This document shows positions 11,560 through 23,680 of a stretch of DNA of 64,000 bases, piece by piece. The notes beneath the pieces were generated by a model. It was not told the origin of the DNA. It worked only from the letters and a program-made list of their open reading frames with translations, and searched no databases. This DNA is from Eledone cirrhosa (lineage: Eukaryota): the NCBI GenBank assembly GCA_964016885.1, contig OZ024742.1:264926001-264990000 (forward strand), read 5' to 3'. The number at the start of each line of letters is the position of its first letter. Position 1 is the stretch's first letter. A program made the translations under genes and the position numbers.

Positions 11560-13620
11560 GACTAAAATCCAAAGAGGGCTCGATAAGGATAAATATATAT
11601 CAAATATATAAGAACCGTAGAGCAAATATTTATTAAAATAACAGATTAAAGTTTAAGCAAAGAATCGCTGCTTTCACCCTTAACGGGATCTTCTGAAACT
11701 AGCAAAGTCAATCTGTAAACGCAGAACTGGATATTTCAAAACACGTTGCAACCGGAGGAAGACAGGAAGACGATACTTTGGTTCGTGGAAATGTTCGCTG
11801 GCAAAGAACGGGAAAAAACGAATATAATACGTCATTAATAGGAGCTGTGAAAAACAATTACGCGCAAAGACAGAACCACGTTTATGGTATAAAAGAGGTC
11901 GTAGACTAATGTTCTCTTAGGTGATTCATAGAGACGTTCTCTGGCAATGAACGAAAAAAACGAAGATAATACGTCATATGTGGAGCGTAGAGAACAATAG
12001 CACGCAAAGACAAAACCACGTAAATGGTATATCAGAAGTCGTAGACTAAAATTCTAACTAGGAGACCGAATGAATCTCCGCTACAGAGTTAAGAACAAAG
12101 TAAATAAATATAATACGGAAGTAATAGAAATAAATAAATACATACACGCAAACAAATTCGTACATACACAAGCATACGCAAAGCACTTACGATAGGTAAA
12201 CAAAACCACGCACATATAAATATGTGTGTGTGTATGCGTGTATACAAATAAATAATTATATAAACGTATATAAATAAATAAATACGTATATAACAAGCGC
12301 ACACACATACCTACATGTAAATACACGAATGTTCGGAGACGTAAGTCAACCAAAACATGAAGTACACATATACACACACCCTACCTACGTACGAACCAGC
12401 ATACTCACACAGAAGCAAAACTCCCGTATACACATAGCCAAACCATATGTACCAGAATATATAAAATTATACGCCATAACATAAACAATCAAATATACGT
12501 ACGAGAAGGTATACGTACCTTCACAAAACATACGGGTAATATATACTTACCTATGCAAATAAATAATGGTATAAACAAAACATATACTTAGCTCCCACAT
12601 CAAGACGTAAAATATCCACGTATAGATCGTACTATCCGTTAGGGTATAACGTGGGGCGGTAATACAGGAAAGTTTTGTGCAATTTATGTTTACAAGCCGA
12701 AATTGCCTCAGATTTTTTGTTTAAGATGTGGTCTGTGGCGTAGAGTATTTCCAGGGCCTCAGCGGCGCAGAGGTCACATGGTCTTTTATTTCCGTTATAC
12801 GATCTAGCCCTAGCTAGGATCTCCCAGTGTAACTTATATTGGGTGTGGTTGTCTTTTAGTCTCCAGATATAAGCTGAAAGTGACGTCATATTCCTTCTTA
12901 GAGGGTAACGAAAAGAATGGGTATGCATGTAAAGACGCTGCTTGAATCTATAGGCGGTTAACCCTATGTAGGCCCTACGGGACGTGGGTGTTACAACCTT
13001 ACATTTGTAGACAATGTTACTAGAGAGGCATTTCCCGGATAGGGGGGCAATCAACCCGATTCCTACAATTACAGTTAGTACTAACTACAGGGTTGCACGT
13101 GTTCCTACGGCTAGGTAGTTTAGCTAAATTTGAAGCAGTGATGTTATGTGCAAAGTTAGGAGTCGTAGAGTAAGACATTTTAATAGTATTTCTATTAAAA
13201 ATTTTACTATATTTATGTGTAGGGGGAAAATGCTTCGTAATAAGGGAAAGAAAGATCTTAGCTAATGGTGTGGCCACCTCCATATTATATGGTGGGTTAT
13301 ACCAACAAATGCGACGGGATCTATTTCTTCTAGGTCTAATTTCGTACTCTGTATATGCTACCTTATCGACAAATCCACTTCGAGCAAGAGCTTCATTGTA
13401 ATAAGTGGAATGGTCGTTGAAAATACGCTCGTTGGTGGAAAGACGGGAAAGCCTCAACGAAACGTTTCTTACCAGGTTCTTGGTTATGCTGGCAGGATGG
13501 TTGGAATGCTTACTTATGTAATTAAGCGTATCATTCGGCTTTCTATACGGGTAATACAACCCATTCAATAAATTGAGGGTAACGTCGAGGTAATTAACGA
13601 CCGAGAGATTGGCCTCAAAG
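11560..13620 (-). mobile_element. 5'-truncated Penelope-like element (RT thumb + GIY-YIG) with 3' non-coding region
   Basis: YRKPNDTLNYISKHSNHP, Cys linker CNCRNRVDCPLSGKC (one frameshift), NIVYKC..AYIGLT..FKQRLYMH, CDLCAAE..LNKKSE. Confidence 0.9.
11650..11700 (-). ncRNA. Candidate variant type I hammerhead ribozyme
   Basis: AGUUU CAGAAGA U-CCC guuaa GGG-U GAAA GCA..UGC UU AAACU. Stems I and III close; has a U4A variant and a U.U at the base of stem II. Confidence 0.5.
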
Positions 13621-14877
13621 GTACATACATATATACGTACATATGTTTACATCAGCTTTTCCATAATTGTGTGGATTGGATGAGATCCTTTCTGACAGGT
13701 TTTCTATGTTCAGATGCCTTAGCTAATGCCATACTTCATGTATCCTTATTTTTAGAATAGGTTCACTGTATCTCTATATGTCTAGGTAACTAAAAGTATT
13801 GGCATATAGAAGAGTGTCTGACCATAAATCACTGCCTCAAAATGTCTCATTCAAAGCCATGCTAACAGAAAAGCAGGCATAAAAACGATGAAAACAATGA
13901 AAACTATTCACATTTTCCTTTAGGCAGTAGACTTGACATCTACTTAGCAATCAGTTGATCTAATAGTTTGTGTTCTAGATTTTATTTAGCTTTCAGTTTA
14001 CTACATAAAACATTTATATTGTTAAAACCATTTCTATTGTTGATTCACTCTTGTTTGACTTTTTGTTGTTAATTTGTTCACCTGAAATTATTCACTACTT
14101 TTATCTGTCAGTATTATTTTATGCTACTTCTCTTTGATCCTGTTGTACTGGAGTTGGTCACCTGACAGCAGGTGACAATTACTTGCAAAATTCAAAGAAG
14201 CAATCACAGTCATTTAATCAAAGTTTATATTTGTAATTTTAAGTTTTATTTTTAGTCCTGTTTTGTTTTGTTTTCCTTTTCTGCTTTTTTACCCTAGCCA
14301 GTATATGACATGTGCTCACTTCTATACCTTAACTGTCTACATTAAATATTTTCTTTATCTAAAACTGGTTTTAACTGGTCTTTTAAGTTTCTATACATCT
14401 GAAATCCTCCATATAAAATATGCTTGGGTATTTTCCCACATTTTTACTTTTACCTTCTATCCATACAACAGTACAAGAGAATTAAAAAAAAAAAACTTCG
14501 TAAAAAAAAGCAATAGAGACAGTCTCAATGGGAAATACTACTAATGATACTATATTTTCATGGTGGAGGGCAATGAATTGGCAAAGTCATTAGAATGTCA
14601 GATAGAATGCTTTACATCACTCATTCCAGATCTCTGTGCTCGAAGTTCAAATCCTGCCGAGATCAGTCTTAACTTTCATCCGTTTGAAGTCGATAAAAAA
14701 ATTACCAGTCCAGTGCCATGATTGATTCTTCTCTCTCTCTCTATGGAAGAAATTGACTGTGTTCAAACTTAGAGTGGGAATGAGCTCTGCCAGGTTTAAA
14801 ATGCCAAAGTCATATCATTTGTCACTAGTGCCCTGACAACTCCATCAGTAAGGATAAATACATATATATTTTTTCTT

Positions 14878-15161
14878 GATAATAATTGTTTCTACTTTTG
14901 GCACAAGGCCAGCAATTACTCAGTACATTACTGGTACTTTATTTTATCAACCCCATAAGGATGAAAGGTAAAGTTAACCTTGACGGGATTTGAACTCAGA
15001 CCGTAAAGGGACGTAACTATGCTAGAAAGCATGGCGTTAAAACCCTCTACTGATACTGCCAATGATAATAATTGTTTCTACTTTTGGCACAAGGCCAGCA
15101 AATTCCAGTACATTACTGGTACTTTATTTTATCCACCCCGTAAGGATGAAAGGCAAAGTTA
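14878..15161 (-). mobile_element. Two tandem SINE copies
   Basis: Reverse-complement SINE core and tail repeated. Confidence 0.85.
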
Positions 15162-15559
15162 GTTCTGTAAGTTGCTTTTGTATAACTTTCAGTCAGTTTG
15201 TTATTTCACCTGTCCATATTGTGATCAATTTGGCAAAAATGTTAGAGAATTGGACACTTGTTCTGCGTTTCTGCATTCTAAGTTGAAATCCTACCAAGAT
15301 CCATTTTGCTCTTCCTTCTTTCTAAGTCAATAAAGTAAATACCAGCCCAGAACTGGTGCAGCTCTCTTTCCTTCCAGCTGCACATCTTAGATGTTCTACT
15401 GAATCAAGGGAGGAAATATCAAGAGAGTGTTTATGTCTGCTCACAATTGAATGAGCACCTGAAACCCTTTGCGAAAGCATGGTATATAATTTTAAGTCTT
15501 ACCTGATTGCAAGTGATGGCTGTAGTATTATTTCATTTAATGAAGTTTTTCTTTAATGT

Positions 15560-16992
15560 ATGTTCTCATTCAAAATTAATTATTATTTTTATTGTCATTA
15601 TTATTGGTATTTATATATGTATCTTTATGTTCTGAGTTCAAATCTCCTTAAGGCTCTATTTGCAGATTATTGTTCCAGAGTCAATATAATCAACTATATC
15701 CTCCCCACAAAATGTCTATCCTTAGGTTTCTGTTAGAAATCATTATTATCACTGAAATAGAGCTTTAGAGCATTGGATAAAATATCTTGTGGTATTTGTT
15801 CTGACCTCTTCTTCATCCTTTTGGAGTAGATAACATACAGTACCAGTCAAACACTGGGGTTGTTATAATTGACTTTACCCTCCCCAGAAATTGTTTGCCT
15901 TGTGCCTACATTAAAAATCATTATTATTATTCTGAGCATCAGACAAATGTTTTGCAATATTTGTTCTGGCTCTTTACATTGAGTTCAAATTCCATAGAGG
16001 TTAACTCTGCTTTTCATCCTTACATGTACCAGTAAAATACTGGAGTTGATATAATTGACTTTACCCTCCCCACAAATTGCTGGACTTGTGTCTAAAAAAG
16101 AAATTGTCGAACAAATGCTTGGCATTATTTATTATTAGCAGTATCGGTAGAGAGTCGGACGCCATGCTTTCCAGCATAGTTACGTCCCTCTACGGTCTGA
16201 GTTCAAATCCCGCCGAGGTTCACTTTGCCTTTCATCCTTACGGGGTAGATAAAATAAAGTACCAGTAATGCACTGGGTAATTGCTGGCCTTGTGCCAAAA
16301 GTAGAAACAATTATTTATTCTACGTCCCTTTACGATCTGAGTTCAAATCCCGCCGAGGTTGACTTTGCCTTTCATCCTTACGGGGTCGATAAAATAAAGT
16401 ACCAGTAATGCACTGGATAATTGCTGGCCTTGTGCCTAAAGTAGAAACAACTATTTATTCTGGCACTGGATTCGTAGTATCGATAGAGGGTCAGACACCA
16501 TGCTTTGCAGCAAAGAGTTACGGCCCTTTATGTTCAGAGTTCAAATCCCGCCAAGGTTAACTTTGCCTTTCATCCTTGCGGGGTCGATAAAATAAAGTAC
16601 CAGTAATACACTTGGATAATTGCTAGCCTTGTGCCAAAAGTAGAAACAATTATTTATTCTGGCACTTGACATTCTGAGTAAACTTTTCTTTTCATCCTTC
16701 TGGAGTCAATAAAATAGAATACCAGTCAAGTACAGAGGTTGATTTAATTGACTAACCCCTCCCTCCAAATTGTTGACCTTGGGCCTAAATTAGAAGTGGT
16801 GGATTGGCTTGTATCAGTAGAGGGTCGGACGCCATGCTTTGACGCATAGACTTACAGCCCTTGCCATTCTGAGTTCAAATCCTGCCGAGGTTAACTTTGC
16901 CTTTCATCCTTATGGGGTCGATAAAATAAAGTACCAGTAATACACTGGGTAATTGCTGGCCTTGTGCCAAAAGTAGAAACAATTATTATTAT
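15560..16992 (+). mobile_element. Head-to-tail SINE cluster (about 4 young copies at 16135-16990 plus older copies)
   Basis: Repeated gagttcaaatcccgccgaggtt..ccttgtgccaaaagtagaaacaatt. Confidence 0.85.
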
Positions 16993-17608
16993 ATTTTTTA
17001 ATAGTTTCGTGTGAACCTTTACTGCCCTACTAGGTGCACTCCCAGCTTCCTTAGGTGTGTTCAGCAGTGTTTTTTGAGGGATTATGAGGCTATGTGAATG
17101 TTATATTCAATCTATTTTGTTGGGTTTGTTTCTGGTGTTGATCTAACATTTCATTTGTTGTATGGGTTGTGTGACATACTATTGGCTGACAGTTGTGTAA
17201 ACTGTTTGTTGTATGAATTGTTTTATAATATTGTGAGATGATTATATAAAACATGTATTGTGTCAGTTTCGTTAATTTATTGGTTGGTCATTATTCTTGA
17301 TATGTACCTTGTAAATTGTCTTATATTATTGTAGATGACGTTAGGAATTGACGGAGTCATTAGAATGTCGGGTGGTATGTTTTATAGCATTCCTTTCAGC
17401 TCTGTTCACTCTCTGTATTCAAATTCAGCCAACATCAAATTTGCCTTTCAATCTTTCGAGGTGGATAAAAAAAAGTAGCAGTAAAGTACTAGGGTTGATT
17501 GCTCATCTCTATTTCTTTATCTCTTCCTCTCTCTCACTTTCTCCTTTCCAGAAAAAATTATCTGTGTTCAGAGAATGGATGGGCTCTACTAGGTTTAAAA
17601 TATCCATA

Positions 17609-18062
17609 TGAGGTTGTATGGTGGACCAAGTTCAAAGAACTGAAGATAGACACTTTTCTCTTTGGCCAATCATCAACTTTTTTAAGTTTCACTTGGAAAG
17701 GAAGGTGAAGATGGAGAGAGAAGTGCTGACCCCCAGTACATTTGCTAAAAGGTGGGCGAATGTGGCGAGAATGGCTCGTGTGAATGCATCTACACTTAGC
17801 ATGCATCTGTAGGCTGGATAATTTGTGAAGGAGAGGGATGCCCTCAAAGTGTCGGGTGGTTCAGAATTGCTGGGGTGCCTGTGTTGCCCCTGGGTGGTTA
17901 TTCCCCCTATTGGGGAATTTATTTTGTTATATTTTAGTGTTAATTGTTTTTGTTAATTTGTTTTTTGTAAAATCCCACTGCCCCCATCTATTGTATTGTT
18001 CCATATATGTTAGCCCTTGTGGCCAATAAAGAAACCATTATTATTATTATCATTATTATTAT
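17609..18062 (+). mobile_element. Tx1 LINE 3' fragment
   Basis: EVVWWT..INFFKFHLERKVKMEREVL..RWANVARMARVN; ends agcccttgtggccaataaagaaaccattattatt. Confidence 0.85.
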
Positions 18063-18249
18063 TCATTTATCTTGCTTTATGTTCATATGAGTTATCTCCA
18101 AGTCACAACCAGTGACCTCAAGAGACAACAACGTCTGCCATGTTCAAGCAAGAACACATACACACATACATGTATCTTTAGGTGTTTAGAACTGTGATGT
18201 ATTTATATTGACATAATCTTAGTATATGGGCAATTCCCATTAGTACTAT

Positions 18250-18448
18250 GGTGGCTTGGCAGTATCGGTAGAGGGTCGGACGCCATGCTTTGACACATAG
18301 AGTTACGGCCCTTGCCATTCTGAGTTCAAATCCTGCCGAGGTTAACTTTGCCTTTCATCCTTACGGGGTTGATAAAATAAAGTACCAGTAATGCACTGGG
18401 TAATTGCTGGCCTTGTGCCTAACGTAGAAACAATTATTATTATTATTA
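18250..18448 (+). mobile_element. SINE ending ~45 bp upstream of a BMAL1 acceptor
   Basis: Full head, core and tail match the family. Confidence 0.88.
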
Positions 18449-18491
18449 ACATGTCATCTAAATCATGCATTCTTTTCATTGTATTTTCCAG

Positions 18492-18598
18492 GGCAACAGT
18501 TATATTAGGTTATTTGCCACAAGAACTATTAGGGACATCAGTGTACGAATATTATCACCAAGACGATATCTCACACATGGCAGACATACACAGAAAAG
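18492..18598 (+). CDS. BMAL1: BMAL1/cycle exon, PAS-B first half: (R)[35 protein letters not shown]
   Basis: Acceptor ttttccag and donor gtaagt. Peptide closely matches BMAL1 [26 protein letters not shown]. Ends in phase 1. Confidence 0.95.
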
Positions 18599-19695
18599 GT
18601 AAGTTATCATGCATGCACACACACAGATATATGCTCACATTTACAAGTATTATTCATTAACGTAAAGATTTCTGCAAACACACCATACAAATGCTTTTAA
18701 ATATATGCCTCCAACTGATTGTATGCATACACACATTATAATCATTTTTATATATATTTTGTATATATAAATACATACATCTCTTCCGGCTATTTTATTT
18801 ACTTTGATAGACAATTTGAGATATGGGAAGCTATCAACATTCAAGTACTTTGAAATAGAAATAAATATATAACAAAGCAGTGAATGAGAATATTTGTTAG
18901 AATGTCAGATAGAATGGTTTGTGGTATTTGTTTCAGCTCTCTGCTATCTGGGTTCAAATCCTGTCGAGGTCAATAAAAAAAAAGTACCAGTCTAGTATTG
19001 GGATCGATTTTTCCTCTATATCTCTTTTTCACTTCCATTCTCTTAATCTCTATCTTTCCCTGGAAGAAATCTGCTTTATTCAAGGCTGGAGAGGATTGGG
19101 CTCTGCCAGGTTTAAAAATGCCCTAGAAATGTTGTATGTCAATACAGCACACCTATGACTCCCTTAGCAGTCATGGGATGGCACATATATGAATATCTGT
19201 GTGAGTGCAAGCATGTGTGAGTGTGTGTGTGAATGCAATTGACAAAGGAGACATTGACACTACAAGTGGTTTTACAAGCAAACTGTTTAAAAGGTCTATA
19301 AATCAGAATAAGAACTGATACAAGGCAGAGGGAAATTTTTAGTCCTTCTGCAAACAACTTTTCTAGCACTAGTACTATAATAAAATGCACCCAGTCCATG
19401 CTGTAAAAAATATCAAGTCATAAAAACTTGGTATATATTGCAACAGGGAGTAAGATATTTTAAGACATGTCCAACCCATCCAAGCTCCAAGCATAGAAAA
19501 AAAGAACAAAACTTATGATGACAATACTAATGGTAATATAGTAATATGCATATATATGTGTGTGTATATATATATATATATATAATCAATGAAAAAAGAG
19601 TTAGTTGATTTGTAATCAACTGACTCTTGTATATAACAGATACCAAGCACTCAACGGTATATATTTATCCGGAGTATTAATATAATAATTGTTAA

Positions 19696-20040
19696 GGGCG
19701 GTGGATTGGCAGTATCGGTAGAGGGTCGGACGCCATGCTTTCCAGCATAGTTACGTCCCTTTACGATCTGAGTTCAAATCCCGCCGAGGTTGACTTTGCC
19801 TTTCATCCTTACGGGGTCGATAAAATAAAGTACCAGTAATGCACTGGGTAATTGCTGGCCTTGTGCCTAAAGTAGAAACAATTATTATAATAATTGTTTC
19901 TACTTTTGGCATAAGGCCAGCAATTATCTCAGTGCATTACTGGTACTTTATTTTATCGACCCCCGTAAGGATGAAAGGCAAAGTTAACCTTGGCGGGATT
20001 TGAACTCAGATCATAAAGGGCCGTAACTCTATGCTGCAAA
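19696..20040. mobile_element. Tail-to-tail SINE pair (full + copy 19696-19887; truncated - copy 19888-20040)
   Basis: ggcggtggattggcagtatcggtagag..gtagaaacaattattat is immediately followed by its reverse complement. Confidence 0.9.
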
Positions 20041-20480
20041 TATACTTTATATCATCTCTATTTATTTCATCATATATTTTGAAGATGCAAAGTTTTATGT
20101 ATAATATAAACCAGAACATGTTCTCTTCAGACAAAATATATACAAGATGTATAATTTTTCATGTGATGCTTGTAGCCAACGAGCTGGGCAGATCAGTGAC
20201 TACCAAATATATGACTAGAAAAAAACTCAACACATAGGAGGTTACGTGAGTGGGAGGACAATTACAGTTGGTTTAAATGTTTAATGAATTATTTAAAATA
20301 TAACGTAATTAGATTGGTCAAAAAACAAAACAAAAATTGACCGTTATTCAGTTTATATGTTGCTTATAATCAATTAAAATATGTATTAAATCAAAAATAT
20401 ATGTATCAAAAGGAAAAAAAACGAAAAAAATATTCTAGGAAACGAAAGTAATATTATGAAAATATAATAAGGGGGGAAGA

Positions 20481-20599
20481 ATTTGGATTACAAAAGTAGT
20501 AGGTAAATTATCTTTGTTTATGTATAATTTGATTTTGAAATTTCAAAATGAAATTATGCATAAACAAAGATAATTTACCTACTAATTTTGTAATCAAAT
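20481..20599. repeat. Near-perfect spacerless palindrome (~60-bp arms)
   Basis: Centre gaaa|tttc at 20540/20541; about 4 differences between arms. Confidence 0.9.
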
Positions 20600-20619
20600 G
20601 TCTTTATTTTGTCCTTAAT

Positions 20620-21433
20620 TATTAGTTGTGATGTTGCTATTCCACCCATGTTTTCTGCTTAATTTTGGTTGGAGTTCATTTATATTTGTCGCCTCTGTGA
20701 TTTGTCTGAACATTGCATCTTTTTTGTGTGAGGATATAATTTTTATCTCTATGTTCTCTGATGTGCCCCTATGTTCTATTTTGGCATGTTGGTAGAGTAC
20801 TGATGAGTTTTTCCCATCCTGGATTTCCTGCCAGTGTTCACTTATCCTTTCTCCTATGCTACGGACTGTTTCACCTATGTATCTTGTGTTCTTATTCCTA
20901 CACTGTTCCTCAGTACATCTTATGCTATATACTGCGTTCCTAGTTTTGCAGTTAGTTTGCGGGTTTAGCTTGCAGACTATGCATTTCCTATCAGTGCAGG
21001 GCTTCTTTGAAATGGGTATGTTTTGCTCATTAGGGTTTTTATGGGAATACCTGGTCTTTCAACTATCTTAATATTTAATTTGAGCTTGTCTATGGCCCTT
21101 CTAGATCTATAACCTAGTTCGCCTTTAGGGGTTGTATTGACCAACATTACCCTCTGGTATTTATTGCTATCATACCTTGAGTTGATTTTATTTGCCTTAT
21201 TCCTAATCCTTTCTATTCTATTCTATTCCAAAATTTGCTCCTATACATGGGGCAGGTTACATTTGCATCATTTTCTACATTATTTTCTATGCCCATTTGG
21301 ACCTGGGTCCTTTATATACCCTGATCTTGTCTCTCTGATTGTAGCCAGAGAACTGCATGCGGTGGATGAAGTGTTGTATGTGTCTCTCTAATTCTTTAGG
21401 GTTACACATGTGGGACACGTTCTTCATCACTCT

Positions 21434-21440
<7 letters not shown>
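20620..21440 (-). mobile_element. Penelope-like fragment (Naiad-like), truncated at (TA)n
   Basis: IVRVMKNVSHMC..HFIHRMQFSGYNQRDK; CKTRNAVYSIRCTEEQC..YIGETVRSIGERISEH..HAKIEH..RQITEA. Confidence 0.8.
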
Positions 21441-21498
<58 letters not shown>

Positions 21499-21499
<1 letters not shown>

Positions 21500-22619
21500 T
21501 AGCAGAGGTCCCTACCAATACCTTGGTATATTACGAAAGTAACAATATATTTTAACGTACATTACAACATATTTAGCTGCTGAAGTGGGAAAAACAGCAG
21601 AATTTTCTTTATTACATGCTCATTGCAAGTCATCAAGATAGACAATATTGTTTATTTTGTCTAGTATTATTGCTGCCCATGAAATAAACTTGCACAAAAT
21701 TGTGAGAAGTTGCAGACGAGCATCCATTAACTGAAACCAGTTCCTCAATTTTATATGTTCAACACAATTGAAAATCTGTTATATTCCTATCTGCTCTGAA
21801 AGATGTCATTTGAAAAGCAGAGTTGTATTTTTAATCTATTGAAATGTCATGCCTCTGGGGTATCATGGAAGAGCAAATTCTTCAGAAATTCAGGGTGATC
21901 ATGGGTTGTAGAGAGGTAAACTTTGTTTCTTGAGCAATATAGATCTGGTATGCCTGCTACTCACTTCTTGGCCTCTTATTGTTGACAGCATTTGTTCATA
22001 TTTCCAGTGATTGGTGGATTGCTGCTGTAGTCCTTTTGGAGTCATGGAAGAAGCACCTATCAACTAATTTGTATTTCGTATGGCTAGTACTTAAGCATGG
22101 ACTGAAGAATAGTGTGCTTGATCAACATTTCACCTATTTTGCTTGTGATTATTAGTTGGTTGTCACCCGTCATCTTCAGTAACACATTTTCTGCTTTCTT
22201 TATGAAATTTCAATAAAAATGTTGTTTCACTTTCTCTCTCACAATGAGTATCTTTCTTTTATACTATTTCCCCTAACATATTCTATCATCTCTCCTCTCT
22301 CTTTCTCTTTTCTACTCTCTCTTTCCCTTTTCTCACATCCTCTCACTTCTACTGTCACACCCTCTCTGTTCTTCTGTGCAGAATGCAGAAAGAGAGACTA
22401 TTCCGAAACAAAATGACCAGAGTGTTTTTATACGAATATGGGAAAATAAATAGAATGGAATTTAATATAAATTATAGTTTTATACATCAAAATAAATGCT
22501 ACTATTACTTATCCAGTAGGATATGGAATAATAATATATATCTTTTTTGTGTGATCATTCTTTAATTTCTGAATATGACCTGGACATACACAGAGACAAC
22601 TTACCTTCATATTATAGAC
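21499..22619 (-). mobile_element. Possible degraded non-autonomous Helitron
   Basis: actagcag-type end at 21498 and a tctataatatgaagg-like 5' end near 22618; hairpin is decayed. Confidence 0.35.
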
Positions 22620-22627
22620 ATACATAA

Positions 22628-23628
22628 TCTATATACATAAATGGCAATTTCTGTCTGTTTGTGTGTGTGTTTGTTTGTGGATTTGTTTGTGAACCTAAAA
22701 CTCAAAAACTACCAAACCGATCTTGATGAAACTTGACACATAACTTGACACATAATTTCCAGTCTGCATCGATTTTTTATAAATCAATAGGACATTTGCA
22801 TACAAATGCTCATATGAATGTTATTTTCTGCCATAACTTTTAAAGTTCTCAACCGATTTCCTTCAAAATTGAAACACAGATAAATTACGTGCTAAGGATG
22901 ACTTTAGGCTAAGAAAACATTATCCTAGACAACTCGTGGAAGGCAAAAAGCTGCACAAACCTATTTTTCATTTCGTTTGTTTCTTCTAATATGAGCAACC
23001 AATTTGCTTTAAACTATACAGGTGCATTATTTATGTATCAATAAGGTGTTAAAAGTTTCCCCAGGAAACCTTAATAAAGCAAAAATACCGCAAATATTGA
23101 ATGTCGCAAATGCTTTTTTCAAACATCATAGATACACCACTTATGTGCAATGGATGGTTTTCTCCAGCGACACAGAGGGCTGTATAACAATGGAATGGAT
23201 AACAATTGAATTTGCCCTCCACGGGCCGAGTTTTACCCAGACAAATGGGATTTATGGGCCCTGGTTGGGTAATGTGGGGTTAGTTTCCAAATATGTATAC
23301 CGGGTGGAACCCTTTGCAAATTGAATAGAAATCTTCAACGGGCCACAGTTGACACGCAGGCTGTAAGGATATTTTAAAATTACCTACCGACCCTAGGCTG
23401 TGTCATCTTTGCTCCTAACATGCGTATATTTAACCGAATGGAACATTTTACGGGACGGATAGAAGGCCTCTGCAGGTCGCATTAACCAGTTGGCCGTGGT
23501 GTGGACATACCCGACGATGACCGTGTTTTCCTATAAGACTTAATTTAACCGAGAGCTTCATCAAGTGTTATTTCTGCACAAACAATTGTATTACTTAAGC
23601 CCTAGCAACGCTGGGTAAACTCAGCTAG
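22628..23628 (+). mobile_element. Non-autonomous Helitron
   Basis: A|TCtatatacataaa 5' end followed by ctgt/gttt repeats; 3' hairpin cctagcaacgctggg then CTAG|T; no TSD. Confidence 0.85.
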
Positions 23629-23680
23629 TATATAATAAATATATATAGATTATTTTATATATATTATATATATAGTATAT

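Noticed and set aside
18391-18660. 89-aa ORF as a standalone gene
   Set aside because: Only 18492-18598 is exon; the N-terminal part is SINE tail and the C-terminal part is intron.
19696-19790. tRNA gene
   Set aside because: A and B boxes belong to a multi-copy SINE head; no cloverleaf is evident.
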